A stretch of 64,000 nucleotides of DNA from Selaginella moellendorffii (GCF_000143415.4 NW_003314364.1:236396-300395); one strand, 5' to 3'; numbered from the stretch's first letter, positions 49,419-61,549 are shown. Notes: generated from the sequence alone by a model not told the origin. A program made the numbers and translations.

Positions 49419-50078
49419 CCTTATAATGGCGTGTGCCCTCATGCCATTTACTTGATCACCAAATACCTTTTTCCCTTTGCACTAGTATATCTTAAAACCG
49501 GTCTGAGAAATAGAATGGCATGTGCCCTCAGGCCTTTTACTAAATCACCTTTGAAAGAAATGCAAGCCTCTATGTTGTAAAAAAAAGGTACTAGAGAAAT
49601 TCCTTAATAATATGAATGTTATTTAGTTTCATGAAAATACACTAAGGGTCAAATGAGTTAAATGACTTCTCCAGACTAGCAATGCCTCTTGCTACACCTT
49701 CACAATTAGATTCGTTAGAAAAAGATAACATTGAATAATATCTAAATGTTCTCACCATTAAGTTATATGTCTGGCTAATAGGAATGACGTTCATCTTGGA
49801 AAGCTCACCACACGCTCAATGAACAAACAAATAGTGTGTGCGCGCATGCCATCGCTCTTCTTTAGCTTCAGATTCGGCTTGTTCACCTTGACAATGAGAT
49901 TTATTATACAACCAGATGGACACAGTCTGGACATAAAGTCACCGCGCTAGTCACCATGCCCCAGATATGTCTAGCCCCTGGACAAAAAACATATAATTTC
50001 ACGTCATTTTCAAATACTTGAAAATTTGTACCTAGTCCCATTTTACTGAATAAATCCCACTTTAACAAAATAGAGCTT

Positions 50079-50260
50079 AGTGGGTTAAGGTGCCATGGGA
50101 GAAGTTGGGGGGAATTTTGCAACCTTTACCTATTCCTCAGAGCCGTTGGTGTAGTATCTCTATGGACTTCATCACTTGTTTGCCACGAACACAGAGGCAA
50201 AAGGAACAAGTATGGGTCATAGTGGATAAGTTGATGAAGTATGTGTGGTTGTTGGCTCTT
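50079..50260 (+). pseudogene. Gypsy integrase core fragment (right half of the Sola target)
   Basis: GILQPLPIPQSRWCSISMDFITCLP...VWVIVDKLMKY. Confidence 0.85.
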
Positions 50261-50261
50261 C

Positions 50262-50370
50262 GGACCAGTAGCATGGTCCAGGCAAGAAGATTCCACTCGG
50301 GCATTGCATAGAGAATCTTCTCTGCTTGTGCAATATGCCTATTCCAGGCATATGCTTTCAGTAAGGCCAT
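50262..50370 (-). pseudogene. PPR motif fragment
   Basis: ALLKAYAWNRHIAQAEKILYAMPEWNLLAWTMLL. Confidence 0.65.
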
Positions 50371-50959
50371 ATCCCAGTAACTTCACTAGAACAATTACTA
50401 ATCTTTTGAGTGAAAACACAGGCATGCTAGGTCACCACTGCCTTGATATCTGCATGCATGGAAGAAGACTTTATGTCTGACACTGTCTCCTCTACCTCAA
50501 CTGATATGAATACTTCACCCTTCCCACAGAGACTTGAATCCAGTTGCCTGTCACTAGCAACCAAATTTATTGCACTACCACTTTCTTTGCTGCTTTCTTC
50601 GAGTGCAGTCTCCAGTATAGTCAAGTCCCCACTGCTTTCTTCACAGTGTTGTCCTGCTTTCTTCATACCCAGACTTGAATCTCAAGCTAGAAACCTGCTG
50701 CTTTCTTCACACCTGTCTCTAGCTGCCCGCCTGGACCCCCACTGTTTTTTTGCAGTGTCGTCCTGCTTTCTTCACACCTGAAAGATGCAACTCAGCTGTC
50801 TTTTTTTTTTAAGGTACAAAAGAAAGGAAAGTCATTGGGCTCCTTCCAAAAAGCTCTCTACCGTGTCTAGCATCGTGTCTATGATAGATCAAGCACTTAT
50901 TACCACCTTGTAAAAGTCTCCAGCACTGGGACGCAGTTACATGCTGAATTTTTTGCTTT

Positions 50960-51401
50960 GGTGGCACCCCTAACCATTCAACGTGTTGTCCCTCAAAGGT
51001 GAAGGCTAATCATTGAGTAGCAAAGTTTATGGTGATATCACCAAAACGTTCAAGAGTCTGAACTCCCAAAACGAAGTCAATGGCCCCCATGTCCATGACA
51101 TAAAAGTGCTCCACCAGTTTGAAGTTGTTCACCACCAAGTGACAAGATACAATCTGATTCACTCAGATAACTCCCCTATTGGTGGAGCTGGTTTAGTTGT
51201 CAAGCGAAGTTTGGTCAGTGAATGAGCATTCACAAAGGAATGTGAAGCTCCTGAGTCTACCAACACAAATTCTTGATGACCTAAAACTGTTCCTGTTACC
51301 CAAATGCATTGTGGTCCTGTCTTCCCTGAGAAGGATGGCAATGAAATGGTGGCTCCTAATGTGGCTTCTTCTCCTGGAATTTGAGATGACCCCCCTCCCA
51401 A
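50960..51401 (-). pseudogene. Gypsy protease remnant
   Basis: GTVLGHQEFVLVDSGASHSFVN. Confidence 0.7.
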
Positions 51402-51594
51402 ACAAAAACTTCTTGTTCTAAATCCAATTCCTCAAAAGCCATAGGAATGAGATCTCCCTTGCCATTTTGTTGATAGAGACTGAGATGGCCCAAATATGGC
51501 CCGTCCCTTAACCCTTAAGGGTAAAGTGACAATGTGGACTAATGAGATTAGTCCATGGAGTCTGAGGTCAGTTTCCAAATATGGTGTTGTGGTG

Positions 51595-51689
51595 GCTACT
51601 AGATGGTTTGATTATTCTTTCACCCCTACACCCAAGTCTGACAAACGATTTGTATGTCAGTATCGCTATGAGTCTCCACTAGAGTTCCT
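51595..51689 (-). pseudogene. Decayed 25S/26S rRNA fragment
   Basis: Matches, from recall, the antisense of LSU rRNA: GCTACTAGATGGTT-GATTA-TCTTTC-CCCCTA-ACCCAAGTC-GAC-AACGATTTG-A-GTCAGTATCGCT. Confidence 0.75.
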
Positions 51690-51772
51690 ACCTCTCAGCT
51701 GATCGAGCCAGAGTGGGAGTGTCGAGATGTCAGTCTCGATCAGCTGACGTGGCATGTCCACATGGTCATGAG

Positions 51773-51945
51773 TCATGTCCCTTGAGTCATGTGAGTGACC
51801 CGTGTCGCCAAATCCTTCCATCTCTTGCTTACCAGGCCACAGCAATGCAGGTGACGCAAGGAGAGGAGTCGTGACATGATCCCCTTGACGTTGTGCTGGA
51901 TGATCCCGATCTTAAACTCGAGGCTCTCGAAGCGGTTGTCCAGCT
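51773..51945 (-). pseudogene. F-box-like fragment
   Basis: GIMSRLLSLRHLHCCGLVSKRWKDLA. Confidence 0.5.
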
Positions 51946-52002
51946 CAAAGTTGTCCAGCTCAAAGTTGCCCCTCATGTGCTCCCAGATGTGATCGTACCG
52001 CA

Positions 52003-53010
52003 CGCTCTGCCGGTTTTAGTCTAATGTGATTATGGGTGATCATACCGCGCGCTCTGCCAGTTTTAGTCTAATGTGATTATGGGTGATCATACCGTGCGCT
52101 TTGCCGGTTTTAGTCTAATGTGATTATGGGTATCGAAAGTTACCTATCGGTTAGTCCTTTCAGATATTCTTTCCTTACTACTATGATAATAAGAGGTCAG
52201 TATTGCTAAACCCTTTATTAGTCTCCACCAAGCTAATTAAGGGTTTGGTCATCATATATATTATCATGAGGTCAGTAGTGCTAAACCCTTTATTATGTTG
52301 TCAAGGAATGATTGTCCACAATCATACTTAGGCCACCCTCCGGTTACCATGGTCCTTCTCTTAGGGTCTACCAAACCTTGGTTCTTTCCTTACTACCATG
52401 ATAATAAGAGGTTAGTATTGCTAAACCCTTTATTAGGCCCTAAACCCTTTATTAGTCTCCACCAAGCTAATTAAGGGTTTGGTCATCATATATATTATCA
52501 TGAGGTCAGTAGTGCTAAACCCTTTATTAAGTTGTCAAGGAATGATTGTCCACAATCATACTTAGGCCACCCGTTGTCAAGGAATGATTGTCCACAATCA
52601 TACTTAGGCCACCCTCCAGTTACCATGGTCCTTCTCTTAGGGTCTACCAAACCTTGGTTCTTTCCTTACTAACATGATAATAAGAGGTCAGTATTGCTAA
52701 ACCCTTTATTAGGCCACCCTCCGGTTACCATGGTCCTTCTCTTAGAGTCTACCAAACCTTGGTTCTTTCCTTACTACCATGATAATAAGAGGTTAGTATT
52801 GCTAAACCCTTTATTAGTCTCCACCAAGCTAATTAAGGGTTTGGTCATCATATATATTATCATGAGGTCAGTGCTAAACCCTTTATTAAGTTGTCAAGGA
52901 ATGATCGTCCACGATTATACTTAGGCCACCCTCCGGTTACCATGGTCCTTCTCTTAGGCCACCCTCCGGTTACCATGGTCCTTCTCTTAAGGTCTACCAA
53001 ACCTTGGTTC
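52003..53010. repeat. Complex tandem repeats (3 x ~45 bp at 52003-52130, then nested ~35-250 bp units) derived from LTR-family sequence
   Basis: Recurrent GCTAAACCCTTTATTA and GGCCACCCTCCGGTTACCATGGTCCTTCTCTTA. 52117-52225 is homologous to 4664-4770. Confidence 0.85.
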
Positions 53011-53085
53011 TCCCTCTAGATCCACCATGTTGAATATTCCTTTAGAATATTCCTGCCCCATTCGTCAGCCACGAGAATCGAACTA

Positions 53086-53200
53086 GGCTCCGATACCATT
53101 GCTAGGATCCTATCCCTTACACCCTAAGCTAACTGGCTAAAGGGGTGATCACGATTGCAGGGCCCTTTCTTTATCCTTTATCCTAACCTGGTGCCTAACA
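53086..53200 (-). mobile_element. iMet PBS + very short (~101 bp) LTR-like repeat (TRIM-like end)
   Basis: GGCTCCGATACCA at 53086-53098, then TGCTAGG...CCTAACA at 53100-53200. Partner LTR not seen. Confidence 0.55.
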
Positions 53201-54309
53201 GCCACAGCACTACATCTTGGAGACAATGGGATGACAGTGCACACAGCATTCAAAATACCCGTCAAGGGTGATGATACATGCAACATGACATGCACACCAG
53301 AAAATGACATGTACAAGATCATCTCAAATCCCGACCTTGTCGTCATTGATGAGGTATCTATACAAAACTGTGACAAGTACGAGCATGATGACGTCTTTGA
53401 GACCAAGCTCTTTGTACTATGTGAAGACCTTGCGCAGCTGCCCCTGGTATGCTTCCACCACAAGGATCCAGAGACAGAAACATGTATGCAATGCATAATC
53501 ATGTCATCACAACATTGGGCATGTGTACATAAGCACACTCTCAAAACATCTGTTAGGCATGCAGCAGACCCAAACTTTCTCAACTTCCTAAACATAATCA
53601 GGATGAGAGCACCAACATAAGAAGAGATAGATGCAACACTGTCAAGGCAAGCACCTCCATACCAAATGCATATTGAAAAACAAACAAACACACAGGTGTG
53701 TCAATGAAAACAAAGACCCCGAATGGTTTGACGTTACAATCATATGCTGCACGAGGGCCAGGATATGCAACATCAACGAGCCAATGCTTGATGCACGGTT
53801 CGAGGCAGATGAGATTTTTGATGTACTAATGTACCACAACGACAATGCTGACACAGAGTGGGCCAATGATGTGAATGACAACACTCTCAGATGTATTGCA
53901 CTTAATGCAAAGATTGTTATCACAATCAACATAGACAAGAAATACAGGGCAGTCAATAGTGCAACCGGAATAATCAAATCATTCCATAGGGACAAGCACA
54001 ACATCAACAGCATCACCATATGCCTCGACACAAACAACAAGCTCATCACTGTATAGAGGACAGACTACCATTTCAGGGACAAACAAGATGAAGAGTACAA
54101 GGCCAACTTCCCACTCCAACTTGCAGTATGCAATCACTGCACACAAGTCCCAAGGCGGAACAATCACTAGAAACCTTCTTATTGACGTCAACAATGCATT
54201 CACACTGGGCATCACATATGTCATGCTCTCAAGGACAACAACCAGGGAACACCTTGTCCTCACACATTGGCTAAAACCAACAGATTTCAAGCCTGTCAAA
54301 ATAAACTAA
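53201..54309 (+). pseudogene. PIF1-like (Helitron-type) SF1 helicase remnant
   Basis: TVHTAFKIP, LVVIDEVS, LKTSVRH...FLNFLNIIR, NIDKKYRAVNSATG, YAITAHKSQGGT, TYVMLSR. Stops and frameshifts present. Confidence 0.85.
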
Positions 54310-54354
54310 TGTCATTCCTTATGTGTTGGTCACCATTGATGCACCTCATCAATG

Positions 54355-54457
54355 CTAGTACTGTCTAAAGTTTCCTTCAAGATAGCTGGAGCTCTGGCTG
54401 AGTTTTATTGGGTAAAGCGAATGATTAGAGGCATTGTTCTCAAACTTTAAATAGGTA
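54355..54457 (+). pseudogene. Decayed 25S rRNA fragment (sense)
   Basis: GTTTCC-TCA-GATAGCTGGAGCT...GGTAAAGCGAATGATTAGAGGCAT...TTCTCAAACTTTAAATAGGTA. Confidence 0.8.
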
Positions 54458-54497
54458 AAGCAGCTGGCATTAGTATAGCTTCAACAGTTGGTCCCAA

Positions 54498-54688
54498 ACA
54501 ACTACTAGATGGTTCAATTAGTTTTTTGTCCTTATACCCAAGTTTGACAAACAATTTGCATGTCAATATCACTATGAGCCCCACCAAAGTTTCCTCTAGC
54601 TTTGCCCTGCTTAGGCATAGTTCACCAACCTTTAGGTCCCAATAGGTATGCTAACACTCAAACATTTCTTAAAAGATCAAGGTCAGTC
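54498..54688 (-). pseudogene. Decayed 25S rRNA fragment (antisense)
   Basis: CTACTAGATGGTTC-ATTAG...TATACCCAAGT...AGGCATAGTTCACCA...GGTCCC...AAGATCAAGGTC. Confidence 0.8.
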
Positions 54689-54759
54689 CATGGTTTGTTC
54701 TGTCATAGCCTACATGGTTGATTCCAGCTGTTGAAGAACTGCCAATGTGTCAGTCTTGT

Positions 54760-56460
54760 TCTTGTTGTCAGCTGTATTGCATACTTGATCATCATCTTCT
54801 CTCCAGCTCTTCATCCTCCATAACTTGTTGCTGTTTGGGGTGCCTTGTCACAAACTTGGCTAGAGGTGATGGTGAAGCCATCCAACTACAAAACCTATTT
54901 CTCCAACTCACCCAATGCTAATAGAAGAAATAATGATTCCTGGACAGGAACCAATTAGGTCCAGTACAATTATCCCTTTTAGGATCCTCTCCAAATGGTG
55001 TGGAAGCTCCTTACCCAGGGATGAATGCTTTGATACCACTATAGAGACCCAAATCCCATGAGCTATACTGGATGGAATCATGAGAAATACAAGAAAAGAG
55101 AAAGAATTGTGATAAACCCTAGCTTCTGTCTAGTACCTTACTGTAGATAATCATTTCATTGTACATGCCAACCTCAAACTTTGATCACCTCCTAACATTC
55201 TCCTGCTGAATTTGAGTTTTGAATAGAGGACTTTGAAGAACCAACGAGGCCTTATCATATCCATTGCAATCCAGAGCAGCAAGGAATGCAAAAATAGAGG
55301 CAAATTTCTCCTCCACTAATGAACTGAATCAAATAAAAGTTAGAACTTCAAGATTTGTATACATTCGAGAGTTCACTATGAAATGATAGCAATCCAACTG
55401 ATCTGAGCAGCTGCTTCAAGAACTTCAAAACAAACTAGTAAATAGCACATTATTATAGCTACCATAACCTTAAATCTGTCTGTATAGCCCAGCTGTCTGG
55501 CAATTTTATAAAGTACTGCAACAACTAAACTCTTGCAACAATCCAATCTCAATAGTGTTATTATAAACAAGTATAAGCATGACAATGAAAATATCCTACA
55601 ATCAGAAACCACAGTTTCTACCCAAACTAGTTGAGAAATTGGTCTTTGCATGTGTACTTAGTGTTATATATTGTAAAGCATTCCCTTCTATAATCTTTTG
55701 AAAATTTAGAACTACATGAAAGAAAACTCAAAGCTAAAAGCAACGAAATTTTGGGATAACGGACTTGTGCCAGTTTGGCTTCATCTTTCTTGGCATTCAA
55801 CTTCCACAGAAGAAGTTGAGAAGCAGCCAAAGTATTGAAACACATAGAGTCATAAACTTCAGTCTTTTTTAGCAAGATGCACAAACGCTTGAGCAATGTT
55901 TTCCCAGATCACTAAGTAAAAAAGAGGTGTTTTAAGCTTGCTTGGAATTTCTTATAAACTTTTGCATACCGATATGTGTCCTTATGCCTACGGACATATG
56001 ATGTTCTTCTATTTGATTCAGCCAAACTAGCGAGCCTTTCTTTCTGTAACATCAAGCATCTACAAAGGTTTGTGTTTTCACTCTTATAATTAATTACTGC
56101 AAGTTTTTTAGATTTCAACACATGATTTTGCAATCACTTGCTCAAGTATTCAGGTTCCGTCGGCTTCATTGGAAATCGTGTTTTTCAAGTATCTGAAGTC
56201 GCTCTCCTCGCAGCAGGCAGCATTCCTCACACAATCCTGTACACCAAAGCCTCGAATGTATAGAGGCCACTCAGTAAACTGATACCTGGTAAAAGAAGAT
56301 CTTGTATCTGCTCATAGATTTGGAGAGCTAAATACAAAAAGAATGAAGGAGAGACCAAAAGCGAGAAAACTTCCTCGTACCGTCTAGCAAAGAAAACCTC
56401 AAATAACAATGTGCCGAGTAACTAGCATTACCCCGAATGCAGCGGCACTCCAGCAATATC
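54760..56460 (-). other. Possible spliced gene or pseudogene of unknown product
   Basis: Alternating short coding-like blocks and GT-AG-like introns. No family recognised. Confidence 0.3.
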
Positions 56461-56554
56461 TTGTAAAATCCTCTCTCACAATTTGCAGACGCTCCCCAGA
56501 ACGCTCACAAAATTTACAAAATACGCTGGCCTGTCCGCGACGCAGAACGTCTAT

Positions 56555-57579
56555 TGTCTTCTTACCGCGAAGAGTCACGGGTACTTGAGCTCCTCCTTGG
56601 CAGAGTTGTCAAGAACTTGAGTAGGCACGGATTCGAAATCCTCTGTCCGGTAAGACCCCCCGAGTGGAGCATCTTACAGACAAAATGCCTCGCAAAGGTC
56701 AATGCCGAAAAAGAGAAGTCCGTGCCAAAATTGGTCTTTCATCTAAGTCAAGCGCCAGATCCGTGGAGCCACACCGAAGATACATCTGGATGACGATGTT
56801 TCCCAGCACCGAATCTGTCAGGAGGAGCGATTCCCTCAAGACGAGCCTGTGAACGCGATCTCTCCCGCCTCCATCTACTCCACTCCAGTAGCCGCTTCAT
56901 CTCCGTCCGGCGTTGATCTTCTTGATCCCAAATTCTTCCAGGGACTTGACGATCGATCGATCGATCAAGCACAGAATGCGCGGCAAGGGCAAGACTGGCA
57001 GTTCTTAGCAACTTGCTTCGATCGCCATCCTGGGGTTTCTATTGTTCGTGTTGCGGGCAAGAAAATTGCGAGATCGAGCTTCCCACAGCCGTTGATCGGC
57101 TGCTTGCCCTCCTTCCCCTTCAGATCAAATGCCAGGAACTAGCTAGGAGAATAAAAAGACACGGATCCAAATCATCCGGATCGTGAAGGCAAGCATCTAA
57201 GGAGCGATCAAATACATGTCGAAGATCTAAATCCGGCCAAGCTGGGCAAGATTGCTGCTCTGCGAGACGTTTAGATGGCAGTAGGATCCCATAAACTTCT
57301 CCGTATAAGAGGAAGAGGGAACGTATCCATCCCAAGCTGTCAGGGCAACAAACCAAGCCATGGTCCACACGATTCTTGATTGACGTGAACATTCACATAC
57401 TAGAAAACTCTCCCAACAGATTGATTTATATAGACCATACATCCGAAGCTTTCACAAAACGATTCTACTCGACAACCAGCTCAACGACGAAGTCTTCTTA
57501 CCGCGAAGAGTCGCGGGTACTTGAGCTCCTCCTTGGCGGAGTTGTCAAGAACTTGAGTTGGCACGGGTTCGAAATCCTC
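56555..57579. repeat. ~88-bp dispersed direct repeat (56555-56643 and 57492-57579)
   Basis: GTCTTCTTACCGCGAAGAGTCRCGGGTACTTGAGCTCCTCCTTGGC...TTCGAAATCCTC occurs twice. Confidence 0.8.
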
Positions 57580-58837
57580 CAGGATCTGAGGTTGGACCAT
57601 CTGGGTGCCAATGATCTGCGTGCCAATGATCTGGGTGCCAGTCTGCACTTCAAAGGCCGCAGCTGCCGCCTCGGTGGCTCGGGCCACTGCGTGAAGTGGA
57701 GTCGATGGGACTATCTCCACACTGGCAACCGGCTTGACTTCATCTACAGGATCAGCCCCTTGATCAAGGTCCAAATCCGCGGCGCCTTCGACCACCTGAC
57801 CAGCAGCAACGTCAAAATCGCCAGTGCCCTCGACAGCAGCAAGGCCCGGAGCTCCACCATCGTGGACGTGAGATGATATCCACTCCTCGCAAATCCTCAA
57901 CGCGGCCAGGATATCCTGCTCAAGAGCGGCAAGCCTTTGCGGCAAGATTCCATGGGATCCGACATGATCCCTCCTCTGCCTCTTGGGCTCCGCTTCGTCC
58001 CCTTCGACATCCTCCGGGAAGAGTTCTAGGTCCACCTTAAACAAGGCGTCGGTACCTTGGGCCACCACACCCAGCGATCCCTCGGTGACCGCGTACCAAA
58101 ACCCAGCTACCATAATCTACAACCGAGACAGAAAAAAGTGAGGGAGAAGCTCGCGGTAGAGAGAAAGAAGCTACCATGATCGACTTGATCACGACCTCTC
58201 CATTCTCTGGAAAGTTCTGGACATGCGCCGCCTCAATCCTCCCTGTGAAAGATCAACCCACATTCAATCATCTCAACTTGTATACCTCTCAAATCGGCGA
58301 TGGTGGTGTGCAAGGGCGCGATGATGAGCAACCGGGTGCCCAGCGTCGTCTCCACACAAGCACGGCACATCCGATCCTCGGCCATGCTCTCCCTAGAGCC
58401 CCAGCTCCAACCTAAAGCTTTCATTTGCATGAATCACATGCGGACACGTGGCTATCTAAATGTCCTAGCTTGTATTTAAGAAAGGCAACGTAACCATCGC
58501 GCTTTTAAAAGATTATTCCAGCGTAAGAGAATATCCACCGAGAAAAAGCGCGCAAAGCGAGATGGGATGATTTCAAAACCCGGAGAGATGGATTAGGGAA
58601 ACAGGGCAGATCTTTTCTTTCTTATTTTTTATCAACAGATCCAAAACCAAGAGCTTCGTTGTTCTAATTTGAAAGTCCTTTTAAATGCCACTATTTGTGA
58701 CCTGGAGTTTCTAGTGAAACATTGGATTTCATCTCCTACGATGGTCACCTCCAATTTGAGACAATGGCATTTCGATTGCATTTGCCAGACACGAATGAAG
58801 AACCAGGGACAAACCCCAAGAGCACTTCTCAGTGACA

Positions 58838-60422
58838 TTATAAAGGCGGAGCAGGACGGGTAGGTTATTTTATGTTCTCTCTTGGTTCTCGCTACCCTAC
58901 GTCTTTGCTCGGTGGCCAACATTCTCCTCTCTTTAGTCATGGCAACATTGGTGGAAAAACGATCCTGCTACATTTCAGGCAATGATGAATCACCTCTTTT
59001 TCATTGTATTTCTTAATGACATTCTCTTGTATAGCAGCTCTTGGGAGGAACATTTATGCCACTTCGAGAAGACTCTTCAAGTTCTTGACGAGTTCTCGCT
59101 TGTGGGCAAATTGAGCAAGTGTTCCTTCGGTATAACAGAGATTAAAAAAGAACGTAGCTCTTTGACTGACCGGCCAGTTCGCTATCGCCTTTACCTGCCC
59201 CCCATCAATAATGAAGCCGAGGTACTCGGCCTTTGCAACTATCTCAGTAAGTTTGTTGTAAATTATGCATCTACCACTGTCTGATCTTTTAGGTCCATCC
59301 AGTTTACTTGGAATGAGAACACTCATTTTGCTTTTGAGTACTGGATTTCTCCAGACAGTATGAAGCTTAATTTTCGGTAGGCATACCATCCAGAGTCGGA
59401 TGCTCAGGCAGAAATGCTCGTGTTTGCTGCAGTGGCAAACCGACATCATGGCTTCACGTGCAGTATGAATTTAACAAAACACTCCACTTGGCCATTGGGA
59501 TGCTACCATACACAACTCTGTATGGACGGGAAGTTCCAGGTCTGTTTGATTTTAAACCCACAGATTCACCGGCTGGCAACGAACACCTGCTTGCTCTTCG
59601 GGAAATCCAGTTGCTGGTTTTACACCATTTAGAAGCAGCCAGGAACCGATGAAGCAGTCTGCTGACGGAAGACACTCATTTCGTGAATTTCAAGTGGATA
59701 TGTATGTTTTTGTCGAGTGGCAGACATATTGGGAAGCAGAAGAGTGTCCCAAGTCCAAGCTCCATCCTCGCTCTTATCAGGTCGACAAACAAATCAATGA
59801 GGTGGTGTACAAACTTTTCCACAAGATTCGCGCCTTCACATGACTATTTCCAAGCCAGCCAGAAATACCAACTTCAACAATAGCCATGGGTGACAGATTG
59901 TTACTTATCACAGAGATGGTCGTGGCTCAGGAAGATCAGGTGTTGTGCAACAAGACATTCTCCCGTTTTCGGATTCATTGGTAGGGGATGATAGCAGAGA
60001 ATGACACCTGGGTTCTACTAAGGAACTGGCCGCTCTGCATGATTCTGGGGGTGCTGTGCTGCAAGTACAGAGTATTCGACCATGTTATGAGTATAAAGGT
60101 GGAGCAGGGGGTGGTGACGGGTAGGTTATTTTATGTTCTCTCACTTATGGCTAACATTCTATTCTCTTTATTCCTTCATTGTACATCAGGATTGTTCCCA
60201 ATTCAGCAATATAATCATGCTGTTTGTAGCCAACTGGAGACCTTGTTTGTCTCCAACATTATAAGGAATTCCTATAAGAATTTACTCAGAATACAAAATT
60301 ATATACCTCTGTGTATTGATCTTTATTATCACTCTCAGATGTTGAAGAAAAGTTTTGCTTCTCCTTAGATCATTATATTCTCTTCTCTTGATTCTTGAGC
60401 AATAGAAGAGATGATCTTAACA
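58838..60422 (+). mobile_element. Internally deleted, decayed chromovirus-type gypsy remnant with LTR-like direct repeats
   Basis: Repeats at ~58838-58936 and ~60091-60170. RT remnant VFLNDILLYSSSWEEHL, integrase remnant, chromodomain-like FRIHW*GMIAENDTW. Confidence 0.65.
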
Positions 60423-61549
60423 GTGGTATGGGATAGACTGTCCACTTATACCATCTTGCTCTTCCATGAGACCTAACAAAAATCTCAAGCAAAAAAATGT
60501 TATTATCTATAACAAAGAAGTTTGTATAACAAAAAAGTTTGAAATTGATAATAGAAACTTACTCATGTTTCTTAAACTTGATTGTGTATACTATATGTCA
60601 AAACCTCCTTACAAATATTGTCATCGAAAGATTAACTATTTCAAATATGAATCACCTTGTGGATTTTTTAATACCAATTGGATCTAGACTCCACCATGGT
60701 GCCCCGCCCAGCAACAAACAGGCTCACCTCAAAGATGACCCTAATCGCTATGTACCCATAATGGCAGATCATAAAAAGCATCTGATCACATTGGATGCCC
60801 ATCGGATGTGCATAATAGATGGCAGGCCAATCAAATGTTGCCACCTGGCAAATGCAATATTCCACAGTACAAATTCTTTTTCATGGACACTCCATACCTA
60901 TAGGAATTCCAACATTTTTTGGATTCTAGAGGTTTTAGCAATTTAACTGCTTTTTATTTGTGGATGCACTTGAAGATTTGTGAGACCAAGACAATGGACT
61001 ACTTGGCATCTTATCTACAGATTTTAAAGCCACCATTGTACAACTATATAAAGTTCATTGATGTAAATTGGACAACATATACAGTAAGATACCACTATTA
61101 GAGGTATTTCATCATGTCCTCATTAATGTTGCCATGAATCACAGTGGTACTACATGGGGGATTATGAATGCCTACTCAAGCTATCGAATGGTAGGATACT
61201 GTTTTAGCCGACATCAAATTTGCAAAGCTTTAGCTATACACAACCCTACAAGGCTTGCACAAAGGCACTTATCTAGGATTCAAAGATGGATATATACCAA
61301 TGAAGTGCCATATACACTGTGCCACATGGATTGTGAGTACCTGATTTAGTTTTCAAACTTTTTTATGTTACCATCTCATACTTTGCTCTCATAGTGTATT
61401 ATAAACTAGTATCATACAAATTTTTTTATCCATGCCATGATTTGTGGTGCTATATATTACAACATCTCTTGCAAGTATTGACTACAAAGTAGTCATATGC
61501 AATTTTGAACACCTATGCGCATGCTATTCACAAATTTGGTCATTCAATG

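Larger units (their letters stand above)
39174..50078 (+). mobile_element. Sola-like DNA transposon (~10.9 kb) with cargo genes
   Basis: TIRs AAGCTCTATTTCGTTAAAGTGGGA / TCCCACTTTAACAAAATAGAGCTT. Imperfect 4-bp TSD AATG/AGTG; removing the element restores the integrase frame LCQ-WVKVPWEKLGGILQPLPIP. Superfamily assigned from transposase motifs and TSD length. Confidence 0.85.

Noticed and set aside
54355-54688. Functional rRNA gene
   Set aside because: Short, rearranged fragments with many transitions and deletions.
57376-58113. Overlapping opposite-strand ORFs of 166 and 210 aa
   Set aside because: GC-rich mosaic including a duplicated 88-bp block. No family recognised, so no product is assigned.
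60430-61540. Possible TE coding remnant
   Set aside because: No diagnostic motif could be read.
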